A stretch of 63,277 nt of DNA, the filler included, from Octopus bimaculoides (Eukaryota), in NCBI RefSeq assembly GCF_001194135.2. It is 6 parts of 5 records of this genome, joined end to end, with 100 filler letters (N's around TTAATTAATTAA, not from the genome) between each part and the next. Parts side by side here need not be neighbours in the genome. Positions count along the whole stretch, not along the records: positions 38,111 to 53,407 come from NC_068981.1; positions 53,508 to 57,720 come from NC_068981.1; positions 57,821 to 63,277 come from NC_068986.1; 3 more parts are not named here. The stretch is one strand, 5' to 3'. Both the position numbers and the translations under genes were made by a program. Positions within the stretch are counted from its first letter, which is position 1. Every line of letters begins with the position of its first letter. Shown here piece after piece: positions 51,986-63,277 of this stretch. A model generated the notes under the pieces. It was given only the letters and a program-made list of their open reading frames with translations, made no database searches and was not told where the DNA came from.

Positions 51986-53217
51986 TTTGTGAAGACTGTT
52001 GGCCCACATGGAGCAGATCCTTTCCTATGACAAGTTTTGTTTTTAGTCCGGCAGAGTGTCCTCTAGACTGACCTTAGATATAGTGTTCGTACACAAACGT
52101 TGGGTGGAAAGCAACGCATATTAAAAGTTTAGGTAAATCTTGAAACCGCCGGGTTCTTTCTCGTTTTGTCCTTTCTACAGATATTAAATATAATTTCAGA
52201 ATATAAAAACCATATTTCATCGATCAATCTTAGCTTCACTATCAATTAATTGCATAAAAATACGTTTCTAAGCACAAGAGTGTACCCTGCCCGCTTTGTG
52301 TAAATATGTGCGTGAGTGTGTGTGTGTGAATTTGTGTGCGTGTCTTTGTGTGTGCGTGTGTGTGTTATTACGCGTGATTATATAAAAACCCTGAAAGAAA
52401 TTATTAGAAAATAATTATATCAACGCAAATGGCAGGAAATATAAGTGATACGAAAAAAATACGAAAAGAAAACTCTATCTATGAAAGGAAGTTATATGAT
52501 ATTTGGCAAATATAGTGAGAGAAATAAACAATCAATCTTGCATTCCAAAACGATTTTCGTTCAAGTAACAGGCTTTGATATAATTTAGGGGAAAAGGTTT
52601 GGGTGCTATGATTCCTAACTGTAATTTATAGAAGATAGTTTTATCGAAATCTGATTGATAAAATTACAACCTGAATTTTTTTATTTTTAAACATTTTTGA
52701 AATTTGTTTTCTTTTGGCTAACGATTTTTAAAAATATTTTTCTTTACATATCTCAGTTTTACCCTAAATTTTCAATTTTAAGCCGACATGAATATAATGT
52801 ATATGAAGTTGTTGTTGTTGTTGTTGTTGTAATGGTGTGGCAGGTGGTAGTGGTGTAATTTGGTAAAGATTCATAAAAGCATGATGTTTGGCTGATGGTG
52901 CAAACATCGTCGAGAATTAAAACAGCATTTACATCCCAACGAAATGGTTTCAGGATCGATTCGAAACAACTTAGTTTCGAAGTGAACTTCTTAAATGCAC
53001 ACATACACATTACACTCACTCATTCATACTAGTACTTATACATATACATCCCCGTAACTTAGCGACTCGGCAAACGAGAGCTGTAGAATAAGTAGAAGGC
53101 TAAAAATAAAGAAAGAAAGAAAGAATGAAAGAAAGAAAGGTCGATTGTTTGACTAAAGCTTTCTAGGCAGTGCCCAGTCTAATGACTGAAACAAGTAAAA
53201 GATACAAGGATTATACA

Positions 53218-53407
53218 TACATTGGGTTGTCCGGAAAGTTCGTGCCGATTTTTAAAGGAAAGAAAAAGGTCAATGAATATTTGCCATTACATGTTTAATC
53301 AACCAAATATGAACCATTTTGTTGCACAATGCGTCCTCATCTTTCCTTTAACTTGAAAATACCCTCTTCCCAGAATTAAGGTGGTTTCATGGCAAATAAG
53401 TCGAAAG
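53218..53407 (-). mobile_element. Mariner element 3' end with TIR (rest in gap)
   Basis: Minus-strand FAMKPP*FWEEGIFKLKER*GRIVQQNGSYLVD*; TIR-like ttgggttgtccggaaagttcgtgccgattt. Confidence 0.8.
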
Positions 53408-53779
53408 NNNNNNNNNNNNNNNNNNNNNNNNNNNNNNNNNNNNNNNNNNNNTTAATTAATTAANNNNNNNNNNNNNNNNNNNNNNNNNNNNNNNNNNNNN
53501 NNNNNNNATATATATATATATACATACATATATATTTATATGATTATATGTATGCATATAGATACATATTATTGTATGTGTGTGTGAGTGTGTGTATGTG
53601 TGTGTGTAAGCATGTATTATGAACTTGGTGTCTCGTCTTTCTACGTTTTTCCTACAACAGGTCTATAAAAGATTTTATCTGGGATGAAAATCACACTATC
53701 TTGCCTATCAATGGTGTACATACATATATAATATGATACATAACTGTCAAACTCAACTCAATGCTGCTTCAGATGGAAT

Positions 53780-54800
53780 GTATAGGAAATTCAAAGGTAC
53801 AGCCTTGTCTCATACTACGTCACATAGAAATCTGTATGAAGGTTATGTTAAGGGTGCACGTATCTGTGAAATACTCAACCAAGAACACACTAACTCAATT
53901 AATAGGTAGTTCAGTTGATTGAATAACTAAACACTCATCGCCGAAACCGACGGAGACCCATTCGTGTGGTAAGAGGTTTGCTTTCCAATCACATGGTTCC
54001 AGTTTAAATCCCACCTTGGTCAAGTGTATTTTACTATGGTCTGGGGTTAACCAAAGTCTTATGGGTGGATTTTTCGTAGACGGAAGCTGAAAGAGGCTCC
54101 TCGCGTGTATGTGGGGGTGGGNNNNNNNNNNNNNNNNNNNNNNNNNNNNNNNNNNNNNNNNNNNNNNNNNNNNNNNNNNNNNNNNNNNNNNNNNNNNNNN
54201 NNNNNNNNNNNNNNNNNNNNNNNNNNNNNNNNNNNNNNNNNNNNNNNNNNNNNNNNNNNNNNNNNNNNNNNNNNNNNNNNNNNNNNNNNNNNNNNNNNNN
54301 NNNNNNNNNNNNNNNNNNNNNNNNNNNNNNNNNNNNNNNNNNNNNNNNNNNNNNNNNNNNNNNNNNNNNNNNNNNNNNNNNNNNNNNNNNNNNNNNNNNN
54401 NNNNNNNNNNNNNNNNNNNNNNNNNNNNNNNNNNNNNNNNNNNNNNNNNNNNNNNNNNNNNNNNNNNNNNNNNNNNNNNNNNNNNNNNNNNNNNNNNNNN
54501 NNNNNNNNNNNNNNNNNNNNNNNNNNNNNNNNNNNNNNNNNNNNNNNNNNNNNNNNNNNNNNNNNNNNNNNNNNNNNNNNNNNNNNNNNNNNNNNNNNGT
54601 TACACACAACCACTTGACAACAGGCGTTGGTGCGTTTACGTCACCGTAATTTAGCAACATAGCGATCCGGTAAACGAAACCGATAGAACAAGTATCAGGC
54701 CTTTAAAAAAATATAAGTACTGGGGTCGATTTGTTCTAAAATTCTTCAAGGCGATGCCCCAGCATGGCCGCAGTCTAATGACTGAAACAAGTGAAAGAGA
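53780..54800 (+). mobile_element. Adjacent SINE pieces (28517-family 3' part at 53780-53960; CORE-like SINE at 53960-54800 spanning a gap)
   Basis: cagccttgtc..aagggtgcacgtatctgtg.. followed by gtgtggtaagaggtttgc..tagacggaagctgaaagag..ccgatagaac..cagcatggccgcagtc. Confidence 0.7.
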
Positions 54801-54884
54801 AAAGAAAATATTTTGCATGTATATGCATGAGCAAACAGGAAGAAACCGAGCCAGCAAAATCGTTAGCGCATCGGATGATATCAT

Positions 54885-55190
54885 GCGGAGCGGCATGACG
54901 TCATCCTCACTGGAGATACAGCCAATGACTGATACAGTTTGGAGGAACTTGGATTCCACAATGTCTCTGTCACGTCTTATAGCCTTTACAGTGTTCACAG
55001 CACGTTGAGCAGCAGTCGTCATTTCGGCATTTGGATACTCGGCGCAAATAATCATGATACACGTCAAACTTTTCCAGTATTCAGATGGCCTTCAGTCCTC
55101 GATGTCAGCTAACTTTTTCTCAACTACAACTTTAATCTTTATGCTCTCCAACACCGTTGACTCTTCCCCAATACATCAAGCTGTTCCTGA
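54885..55190 (-). mobile_element. Internally deleted maT/DD37D-like Tc1-mariner remnant
   Basis: AEYPNAEMTTAAQRAVNTVKAIRRD (HTH-like) is fused to SKFLQTVSVIGCISSEDDVMP, resembling TKFPQTVMVFGCVSSEGDVMP. Confidence 0.6.
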
Positions 55191-55364
55191 AACAAAAAAT
55201 AAAAATAAAGATATCAGGTGTAGGCGTGGCTGTGTGGTAAGAAGCTTACTTACCGCACAGGCGTAAGTACCAGTTGCGTACTGGGGTCGATCTACTCGAC
55301 TGGCCCCCTCCCCAGAAATTTCGAACCTTGTGCCTAGAGTAGAAAAGAATATATATATTCTTCA

Positions 55365-55775
55365 AGGCAGCGATCTGGCAGAAACGTTAGCACGCCGGGC
55401 GAAATGCTTAGCGGTATTTCGTCTGCCACTGCGTTCTGAGTTCAAATTCCGCCGAGGTCGACTTTGCCTTTCATCCTTTCGGGGTCGATAAATTAAGTAC
55501 CAGTTACGCACTGGGATCGATAAAATCGACTTAATCCGTTTGTCTGTCCTTGTTTGTCCCCTCTGTGTGTAGTCCCTTGTGGGCAGTAAAGAAATAGGTA
55601 TTTCGTCTGCCGCTACGTTCTGAGTTCAAATTCCGCCGAGGTCGACTTTACCTTTCATCCGTTCGGGGTCGATTAAATAAGTACCAGTTACGCACTGGGG
55701 TAGATATAATCGACTTCATCCGTTTGTCTGTCTTTGTTTGTTCCCTCTGTGTATAGCCCCTTGTGGGCAGTAAGG
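55365..55775 (+). mobile_element. Full SINE directly followed by a 5'-truncated tandem copy
   Basis: 55365-55596 is complete; 55597-55775 restarts at ggtatttcgtctgcc with near-identical sequence. Confidence 0.9.
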
Positions 55776-55779
55776 ACAT

Positions 55780-56180
55780 AAGAAGCTTGCTTACCAACCA
55801 CTTGGTTCCAGTCCCCACTGCGTGACATTTTGGGCAAATGTCTTTTACAATAGCTTTGGGCCGATCAAATCTTGTGAGTGGAGTTTGGTAGACGGAAACT
55901 GAAAGAGGCCTGTCGTGCATATATATGTGTGAATGTGTGTGTGAGTGTGTGTCTGTGCGTGTGTGTATCTTTGTCTCTGTGTTTGTCCCCCACCATCACC
56001 GCTTGTTGATGTGTTTACACCGGTGTTGGTGCGTTTACGTCCTCGTAACTTTAGCGGTTTGGCAAAAACAGTCCGATAGAATAAGTACAAAGCTTTTAAA
56101 AAAGTCCTAGGCGGTACTCCAAGGCGGTACTCCAGCATGGCCGCAGTCAGATGACAGAAACAAATAAAAGAATAAAAGAA
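55780..56180 (+). mobile_element. CORE-like SINE, near full length, with internal (TG)n
   Basis: aagaagcttgc..ttttgggcaaatgtc..tagacggaaactgaaagag..ccgatagaataagtac..cagcatggccgcagtc..aataaaagaataaaagaat. Confidence 0.85.
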
Positions 56181-56739
56181 TATAGAAAAATGGAATATCA
56201 GCCATATCTAAATTTCAATAATCGCAAATAGAGGTGACTCTATATGGTTGCTCGTTCTGTTAAAAATAACAGTCAAATTTCGCTTAAATCACATCCGACA
56301 GTCTTAAAGTGGATTTATACATCGGATACTGTAGTTTATTGCTTGGTACAAGAGGGAAAAAAACAGAGACAGGATATCAATGTTGTAATATGTTTGGTCA
56401 AATTGATCAGATTTGACCTAGGAGTAAACAACACTAAACAATCAATCAATCAATTAGTCTGCCATAATGATCTTTGTTATATATCCTCCGATCAGCTCTG
56501 TTCGAACAGACCAAGGATCAAAGATATTACAGTCAAATATTATTGAGTCCAGGATAAAAGAAACCAGTGGGTCTTTTGTTTTATTTTTTATTAGTGTACT
56601 TTATTCATTTATTCTATTAGTGTACTTTATTTGTTTGTTTGTTTGTTTGTTTCGAAAACTGTAAAGCAGCATTTCTCAACCCTTTTTTTCTTTTTTTTTT
56701 CTTTTACTCTTGGGAACCTTTATTGCATAAAGATCTTTC

Positions 56740-56920
56740 TTTTATCTCTTATTTGCTTCGGCCATTGAACTTGCGACCATGCCGAGGCGCACAGCCTTGA
56801 AGGGTTTCAATCGAACAGACCGATCCTAGCATCTATTATTTCAGTTTCGTCTCTTTTTTGCCGAGGATGTTAACAAACTAACATCGGTTGTCAGGCAGTC
56901 GTGGGGGACAAACTCACAGA
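56740..56920 (-). mobile_element. Decayed SINE fragment
   Basis: ggccattgaacttgcgaccatg..aacatcggttgtcaggc..gggggacaaac is the reverse complement of the 3' part of the 55780 family. Confidence 0.55.
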
Positions 56921-57123
56921 CACACACACATATATATATTTTTCAATATTTATTTTCGCTTGCAATAGCCGGTTCTTTTGGTATCTCCAGTTGCTTCAGA
57001 TGCCAAGATAACAAAAATTGTCACAGTGTAGTAACAACGGTTTTGCTATGGAACGGTGAAACTATGTTCTCGTTTTCTGAAAAATCAACGTTTTGGACTT
57101 ACGTCACTTAGGCATAGAAGCAA

Positions 57124-57156
<33 letters not shown>

Positions 57157-57161
<5 letters not shown>

Positions 57162-57449
57162 AAAAATAATAAGGTACTCAGATATCTGGATGGTTGCACA
57201 TTTACAAATTTTTATTAATATGTCACATGTTTTATAAATACTAGCGCTTGCACCTATTCTTGTAGGTTCTTCTTTTAATATGTCACATATTTTATAAATA
57301 TTAGTGCTTACACCTATTCTTGTAGGTTCTTCTTAAGAACCTACAAGAATAGGTGCAAGCGCTAGTATTTATAAAATGTGTGACATATTAATAAAAATTT
57401 GTAAATGTACAACCATCCAGATATCTGAGTACCTTATTGTTTTTTCCAA
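57157..57449. mobile_element. Foldback/palindromic MITE-like element (293 bp) in TA context
   Basis: 57157-~57272 pairs almost perfectly with 57335-57449; the centre carries a 60-bp tandem duplication (57215-57274 / 57275-57334); TA repeats flank both sides. Confidence 0.85.
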
Positions 57450-57509
57450 TATATAATTCCTGTACATCACCTCCAAACCTTCCAGTATATATAGATAGAT
57501 AGAGAGAGG

Positions 57510-57572
<63 letters not shown>

Positions 57573-57924
57573 TGATTATGATGATGATGATGACGAGGAT
57601 GATGATGCCATTACCACTACGGTTGGCACACTTGATGTACTGTTGCACTGTTCTTTTTCTTGTTGTTTTCGTCTTGCAGTTGTAACTATTGTTGTTTGTG
57701 AGGAGGAGGAGGAGGAGGAGNNNNNNNNNNNNNNNNNNNNNNNNNNNNNNNNNNNNNNNNNNNNTTAATTAATTAANNNNNNNNNNNNNNNNNNNNNNNN
57801 NNNNNNNNNNNNNNNNNNNNGTGGTGGTGGTGGTGGTGGTGGCGGTGTTACTGTTGTTGGTGGTGGTGGAGTAATATACTTGCATTTGCATAAACCGTGG
57901 AATAGCAGATGAAGTAAATGGAAC

Positions 57925-58003
<79 letters not shown>

Positions 58004-58380
58004 GTGATGCTGGTGATGGTGGTGGTGTTGGCGACGGTGATGATAGTGATTGCGATGATCATGCTGGTTGTAGTGGTGATGATAATGATGGTGGTGGTGA
58101 TGGTGATGATAATGACGGCATCTATGACGACGGTGACAAGGATGATTGTCATGATGATGATGTTGATAGAGGTGATGATTGATGTGATATCAATGTTCAT
58201 GATGGTGACGGTGCTGAGCATGAGGAGGAGGAGGAGGAGTAGAAGAAGAAGAAGAAGAAGAAGAAGAAGAAGAAGAAGAAGAAGAAAAAGAAGAAGAAGA
58301 AGAAGAAGAAGAAGAAGAAGAAGAAGAAGAAGAAGAAGAAGAAGAAGAAGAAGAAGAAGAAGAAGAAGAAGAAGAAGAAT
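57925..58380. repeat. Compound trinucleotide microsatellite (GAT)n/(GGT)n/(GAG)n/(GAA)n
   Basis: Directly visible; source of the poly-M, poly-R, poly-L and poly-S ORFs. Confidence 0.95.
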
Positions 58381-58992
58381 GGGGAAGAATGGGGAAGAAG
58401 AAAAAGGAAAAATATAAAAGAACGCGAATAAAAAAAGTAAACGATGTGTTGAGGCGTTTAAAATCAAAGAGAAACATATTTGTATAGTGTTGTCTGGAGG
58501 GTGCGGCTTGGAATATAACAATAACTCGAAATAATATTGTTAAAAAGCCGTTCGCCGCCATTGAAAAGCTAGATTGGAAGAAGCAGACGACTTTGCTTCG
58601 ACTGCAGCCTTTCACAGCTTTTCCTATTTCCCGCCTTCCTATTTATATATTCTCCCTCCCATCTCTCACTCTCGCTCTCTCTCACTCGTCTTTTGCTTTT
58701 ACTTTTCCTCTGTAACTCATTCTATCACTCATTTGTAACATCTATCACTCATATCGTTAATCTCTTTTTATCTCACTCCTTTATTGCTAATCTCTTTCTC
58801 TCTCCCTCTATCTATCTATCTATCTATCTATCTNNNNNNNNNNCTATCTATCTATCTATCTATCTATCTACTTTCATTTTCTTCTCTTTATTAACTAATC
58901 TCCAGTTTTCATTGTCTTTCTTTATCCTTCTCTTTCTTTCCCTCCAAAACATTTTCACTCATTCTAGTTTTCTTACTCTTATTTCTTTAAAT

Positions 58993-59046
<54 letters not shown>

Positions 59047-59415
59047 NNNNNNNNNNNNNNNNNNNNNNNNNNNNNNNNNNNNNNNNNNNNNNNNNNNNNN
59101 NNNNNNNNNNNNNNNNNNNNNNNNNNNNNNNNNNNNNNNNNNNNNNNNNNNNNNNNNNNNNNNNNNNNNNNNNNNNNNNNNNNNNNNNNNNNNNNNNNNN
59201 NNNNNNNNNNNNNNNNNNNNNNNNNNNNNNNNNNNNNNNNNNNNNNNNNNNNNNNNNNNNNNNNNNNNNNNNNNNNNNNNNNNNNNNNNNNNNNNNNNNN
59301 NNNNNNNNNNNNNNNNNNNNNNNNNNNNNNNNNNNNNNNNNNNNNNNNNNNNNNNNNNNNNNNNNNNNNNNNNNNNNNNNNNNNNNNNNNNNNNNNNNNN
59401 NNNNNNNNNNNNNNN

Positions 59416-59456
<41 letters not shown>

Positions 59457-60262
59457 GTATATAATCATTTTCTACACGTCTTTTCTCTCTTTTGGCTAAT
59501 TTTCCCCACTCCTTAAACTATGCTGCTGTTGGCAGAAGTAATAGCGATTGTACCGTAATGGTTTTGGTGATGGTGGTGCTCTTCAATTGTTGTTTTGAAG
59601 TATTGCTGTGTTGTGAATGCTGGTAGTTCTCTTGCAGTATTAACTGCCTTTATGTAGTGTTGTTAGTGTCATTGTTGAAACATTACAAAGTGTTGTTGTA
59701 GTCTTGTTGCTTATGTAATGCTCTACATGGTATCGTCGGTAAGTAGGTACAGGCAATAAAGACCCTTGTACTATGAGTGGCAGTGTATTTAATGATGGTA
59801 AATATGTAATTTGTATTGTGGTGTTGGCGATAGTAAAGGTGGTGTGTAGTGGTATTGGTGGTCATGGTGGTCGTGGCAATGACTGATGTAAATGCTGCTA
59901 AACTTGTTACAAATTGCAGGAAACGAAAGAAAAAAACAATACATGAACATTATTGGTTGTTAAAATATCAATATCAAAGAGCATGTGTGTGTACGCGCGC
60001 GCGTGTGTTTGTGTGTAGTGTGCGGTTGTGTGCATACATGTGTTTATGTATGTATATATATGAATGGATATATATGCGTGTGTGTAGGTATATGCATAAA
60101 TATATATACACACACACTATATATATGTATATACACATATACATTTACACACACATACACACATACACACACACACGCATACATAAACACACGCATACAC
60201 ACACACACATATATACATATGTATACCAAAGACAAAAATTTATATGTATACTGGTGTGTTTG

Positions 60263-60297
<35 letters not shown>

Positions 60298-60562
60298 GTA
60301 TATATATATGAACACATACATATACACATCACTACATTTTTTATACGTATAGATGCATGTATTTACATATATATGCATATCTATCTAACCATCTATTCAC
60401 GTGTATATATGTATGTTTGTATGTATGCATGTATCTAACTATGTATGTATATATATATATATATATACATACATACACACACACACATATATATGTATGG
60501 ATATATATACATGAGAGTGAGAAAGCCAAAGAAAGAGAGAGGGAGAACGAGAGAGAGAGGGT

Positions 60563-60644
<82 letters not shown>

Positions 60645-61134
60645 GCTTCATTTCCATTCCCTAACAGTCTAATGATCTGAAATTTAAATTCGCAAATCCA
60701 CGCTCTTATAATTATGATCTGTATAAAGGAAGAATAAAAATCTAAAGAAAAATGCCATGAAATCTTTAAAAGACATTAAAACGCCTGAATCAGTAATATT
60801 TTGAAAAGAAAGGAGTAAAATTGAAAAGGAAGCGAAATGTATAAACTTAAAAACATCAATGATGCTACGTAGAAGAGATATAGATAACAGAGCGTGTTTT
60901 TGAATGGAGAAAACGTTAATATTATTTTACATTTTAGATTTGTTATTGAATTGGTGTTGTCTCTACATGTTAATAAACAGAAAAAGGAAGGAAAGAAGGA
61001 AAGAAAGAATGAATGAAAGAAACAAAGGAAAAAGATCCCCGTCAAATATCTTTGTCGTCAGAAGATTAGAAAGTGTCCGGCAAAACGACCGAGTAACAAA
61101 CAAACACTAAGCTGCATTAGATGCTTGTCTAATT

Positions 61135-61950
61135 TTAGTCAGACAATCTGTAGTGATTAAAGGTTTTCCGCAATAAGCATGAAGTATTTGGTTTGCAGGA
61201 AATTGACCCCAAACGGCAAATCTTATCAAGGTTAGCTGTGCAGATCACAAACTCATGATCTGTGAAGGTGGCTGAACGAAATTTTCGATTCCACATTCTG
61301 TTCACTGACAATAAATATTCTATATGCAATTTGTTAAGCCGATACGGTTTGTCTAATGCAATGGTTCTCAACCGGGGTCCGTTTGACCTTACGGGGTCCA
61401 TATAAGATTTTTTTAGGTGGTGAGGTACGCAAGCAAAATAGAAAATTGCGGATCTAGTGTAATGTAGTAAAGGTCCATTAAAAAGTTTTGATTTAGACGT
61501 ATTTGATGCAAGAAACAGGTTTTTTTTTTTCTCTAATGATCTACATTGTCCAACCTACGGAAGTTAATGTGTGAAAAACAAGATAGGAGTTTTGGAAGAA
61601 GCACCAATGAAATCAGGTTTTAAACAGCAAATATCTTAGAGGGTGCATCAAAATAGAATAGCAAACAAAGGAGTCCTGGTCTAATGACACATTTGGAAAA
61701 TGCACTTGGTACCTGACAGCCGGTTGGAACTGCCTGAGTAGGTTTTCGAGGTTTCTATTCTACAATCTTGCGTAGACAGTTCCCACAAAATTCTTGTTTG
61801 CCCAATGTTTTATTCGAATCGCCCTTTTGCACAAACGAAATAGATTTTTCATGAATGATACCGACGTTTGTAGAAGTCTAGCTTGCTACGTCTTAGTCAG
61901 AAATATATAAGTTCACTTGTCTGATGGTGGCAATGATTAGAATATCTTGC
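61135..61950 (-). mobile_element. Tx1/L1-clade ORF2 APE-endonuclease remnant interrupted by a hAT MITE
   Basis: LENLLRQFQPAVRYQVHFPNV (~61690-61755) and FRSATFTDHEFVICTANLDK (~61225-61290; the xDH catalytic motif) flank the insertion. Confidence 0.65.
61359..61678. mobile_element. hAT MITE (320 bp) with 8-bp TSD GTCTAATG
   Basis: Left end caatggttctcaacc; TSD at 61351-61358 and 61679-61686; the right TIR is reduced to cctg. Confidence 0.8.
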
Positions 61951-62642
61951 TCATAGTCATAACGTGTTACTTGGTGCAAGAATTGAATCCACAGTCCTAT
62001 TATTACGATCCGAACACAACCACTCAGCTACAAATGGCACTATATGTACATTTAGACACGCACCTACAAACACACACACGCACACACAAACACATACAAA
62101 CACTCACAAACACGCATACATATCTGTGTGTTTATGTGTATGTGTTTATGTGCCTAGGCATGCGTATATAGAATGGAATGACATATTCCTAAATATATTA
62201 GGAAGAAAGGTAATATAAATGCTATGATGATAACGTTAAAATATACACACATAATATATACATCTATATGTACACATACATATATAAGCATGTATGTATA
62301 TGTCTGCAACTCTCGGCTTCTCTCTCTCTCTCTGTAATTCCCTGTGCCTATTAAAACAATGATTTATGTCTATTTCCCGAGATTGCATCTTTACTCTTCC
62401 ATCATGTTATTTTTACCTTTAGTCTCAGCCAACGCATCTCCCTCTAAAGATTTCTTTGCTGTCATTGTGTATTATTTTTATTACTTTTCATTGTATTTCA
62501 TTGCTTTTCACTTGTTTTCAGTTGTTTTCATTGGTTTCCATTAGTTTTTCAACACAATTTCTCTTTTTTTTNNNNNNNNNNATATATATGTACACATACA
62601 CACACACATATATATATATATATGTATATATATATCTATATC

Positions 62643-62676
<34 letters not shown>

Positions 62677-63092
62677 TATATGTGTGTGTTTGAATGTATA
62701 GGAAGTTTGTATGCGTTTGTATGTATTGATGGATAGATGTTACTTTCATTCTAGGTACACATACTCGTACTTCCATATACTCACGCACACGTGTGTGTGT
62801 GTGTGTGTGTCAGTCTGTTTATCTATCGTTCTGTTTGTCTGCCTGTCTATTTGCCTGTCTGTCTGTCTGTCTGTCTGGCTAGTTGTCTGTGTGACTGTCT
62901 GTCTATCTCTCTATATCATCGCCTGCTTATCTATCGGTCTCTCTCTCTATCCATCTATTTATCTGTTTAACTGTCTACCTGTCTGCCTTTATATTGTGTG
63001 TGTGTTTGTGTGTGTGNNNNNNNNNNAAGAAGTCCAAGACGTCTTTCCGATCCCACTGCGTGGCCACTTAGATAAGTGCCTGCTACCAAAGC

Positions 63093-63147
63093 TTGACTCA
63101 AGATTGACTCAAGATTGACTCAAGATTGACTCAAGATTGACTCAAGA
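63093..63147. repeat. Five perfect tandem copies of the 11-mer TTGACTCAAGA (each holds the AP-1 consensus TGACTCA)
   Basis: Copies start at 63093, 63104, 63115, 63126 and 63137, directly after a SINE fragment. Confidence 0.95.
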
Positions 63148-63162
63148 GAGAAAGCCCATGAC

Positions 63163-63220
<58 letters not shown>

Positions 63221-63277
63221 TTATCTGAGAGTAGAAAGGGAAGTCTTGTCTAGTGAATGCTTCAAAAAAAAAGATGG

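Overview
AT-rich, microsatellite-dense animal genomic DNA from a gappy draft assembly. The C2H2 zinc-finger style, SINE families and repeat content point to an octopus (inference; no search run). (1) 1-15.3 kb: two convergent paralogous C2H2-only zinc-finger genes, one truncated by a gap and one with at least 20 fingers. They flank an ~8.6 kb CpG-saturated ACGA/ACGT satellite built from shuffled modules with five internal polarity flips. (2) 29.1-32.4 kb: two phase-compatible exons of a secreted phospholipase A2 (CCxxHDxCY and CxCDxxAxxCF motifs); the ORF track misses the catalytic exon entirely. (3) 38.8-50.4 kb: several type I hammerhead-ribozyme motifs with short palindromic stem III, the best at 50274-50356, associated with Penelope-like element remnants. 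(4) Throughout: decayed transposons (Penelope GIY-YIG, R4/Dong-like REL LINEs, RTE, Tx1/L1, mariner/maT, hAT MITEs with 8-bp TSDs, tRNA-derived SINEs), a foldback palindrome, a perfect 26-bp hairpin and a 5x phased AP-1 repeat. Most long ORFs in the track are repeat or gap artefacts. Family assignments come from hand translation and recalled motifs, not database hits.
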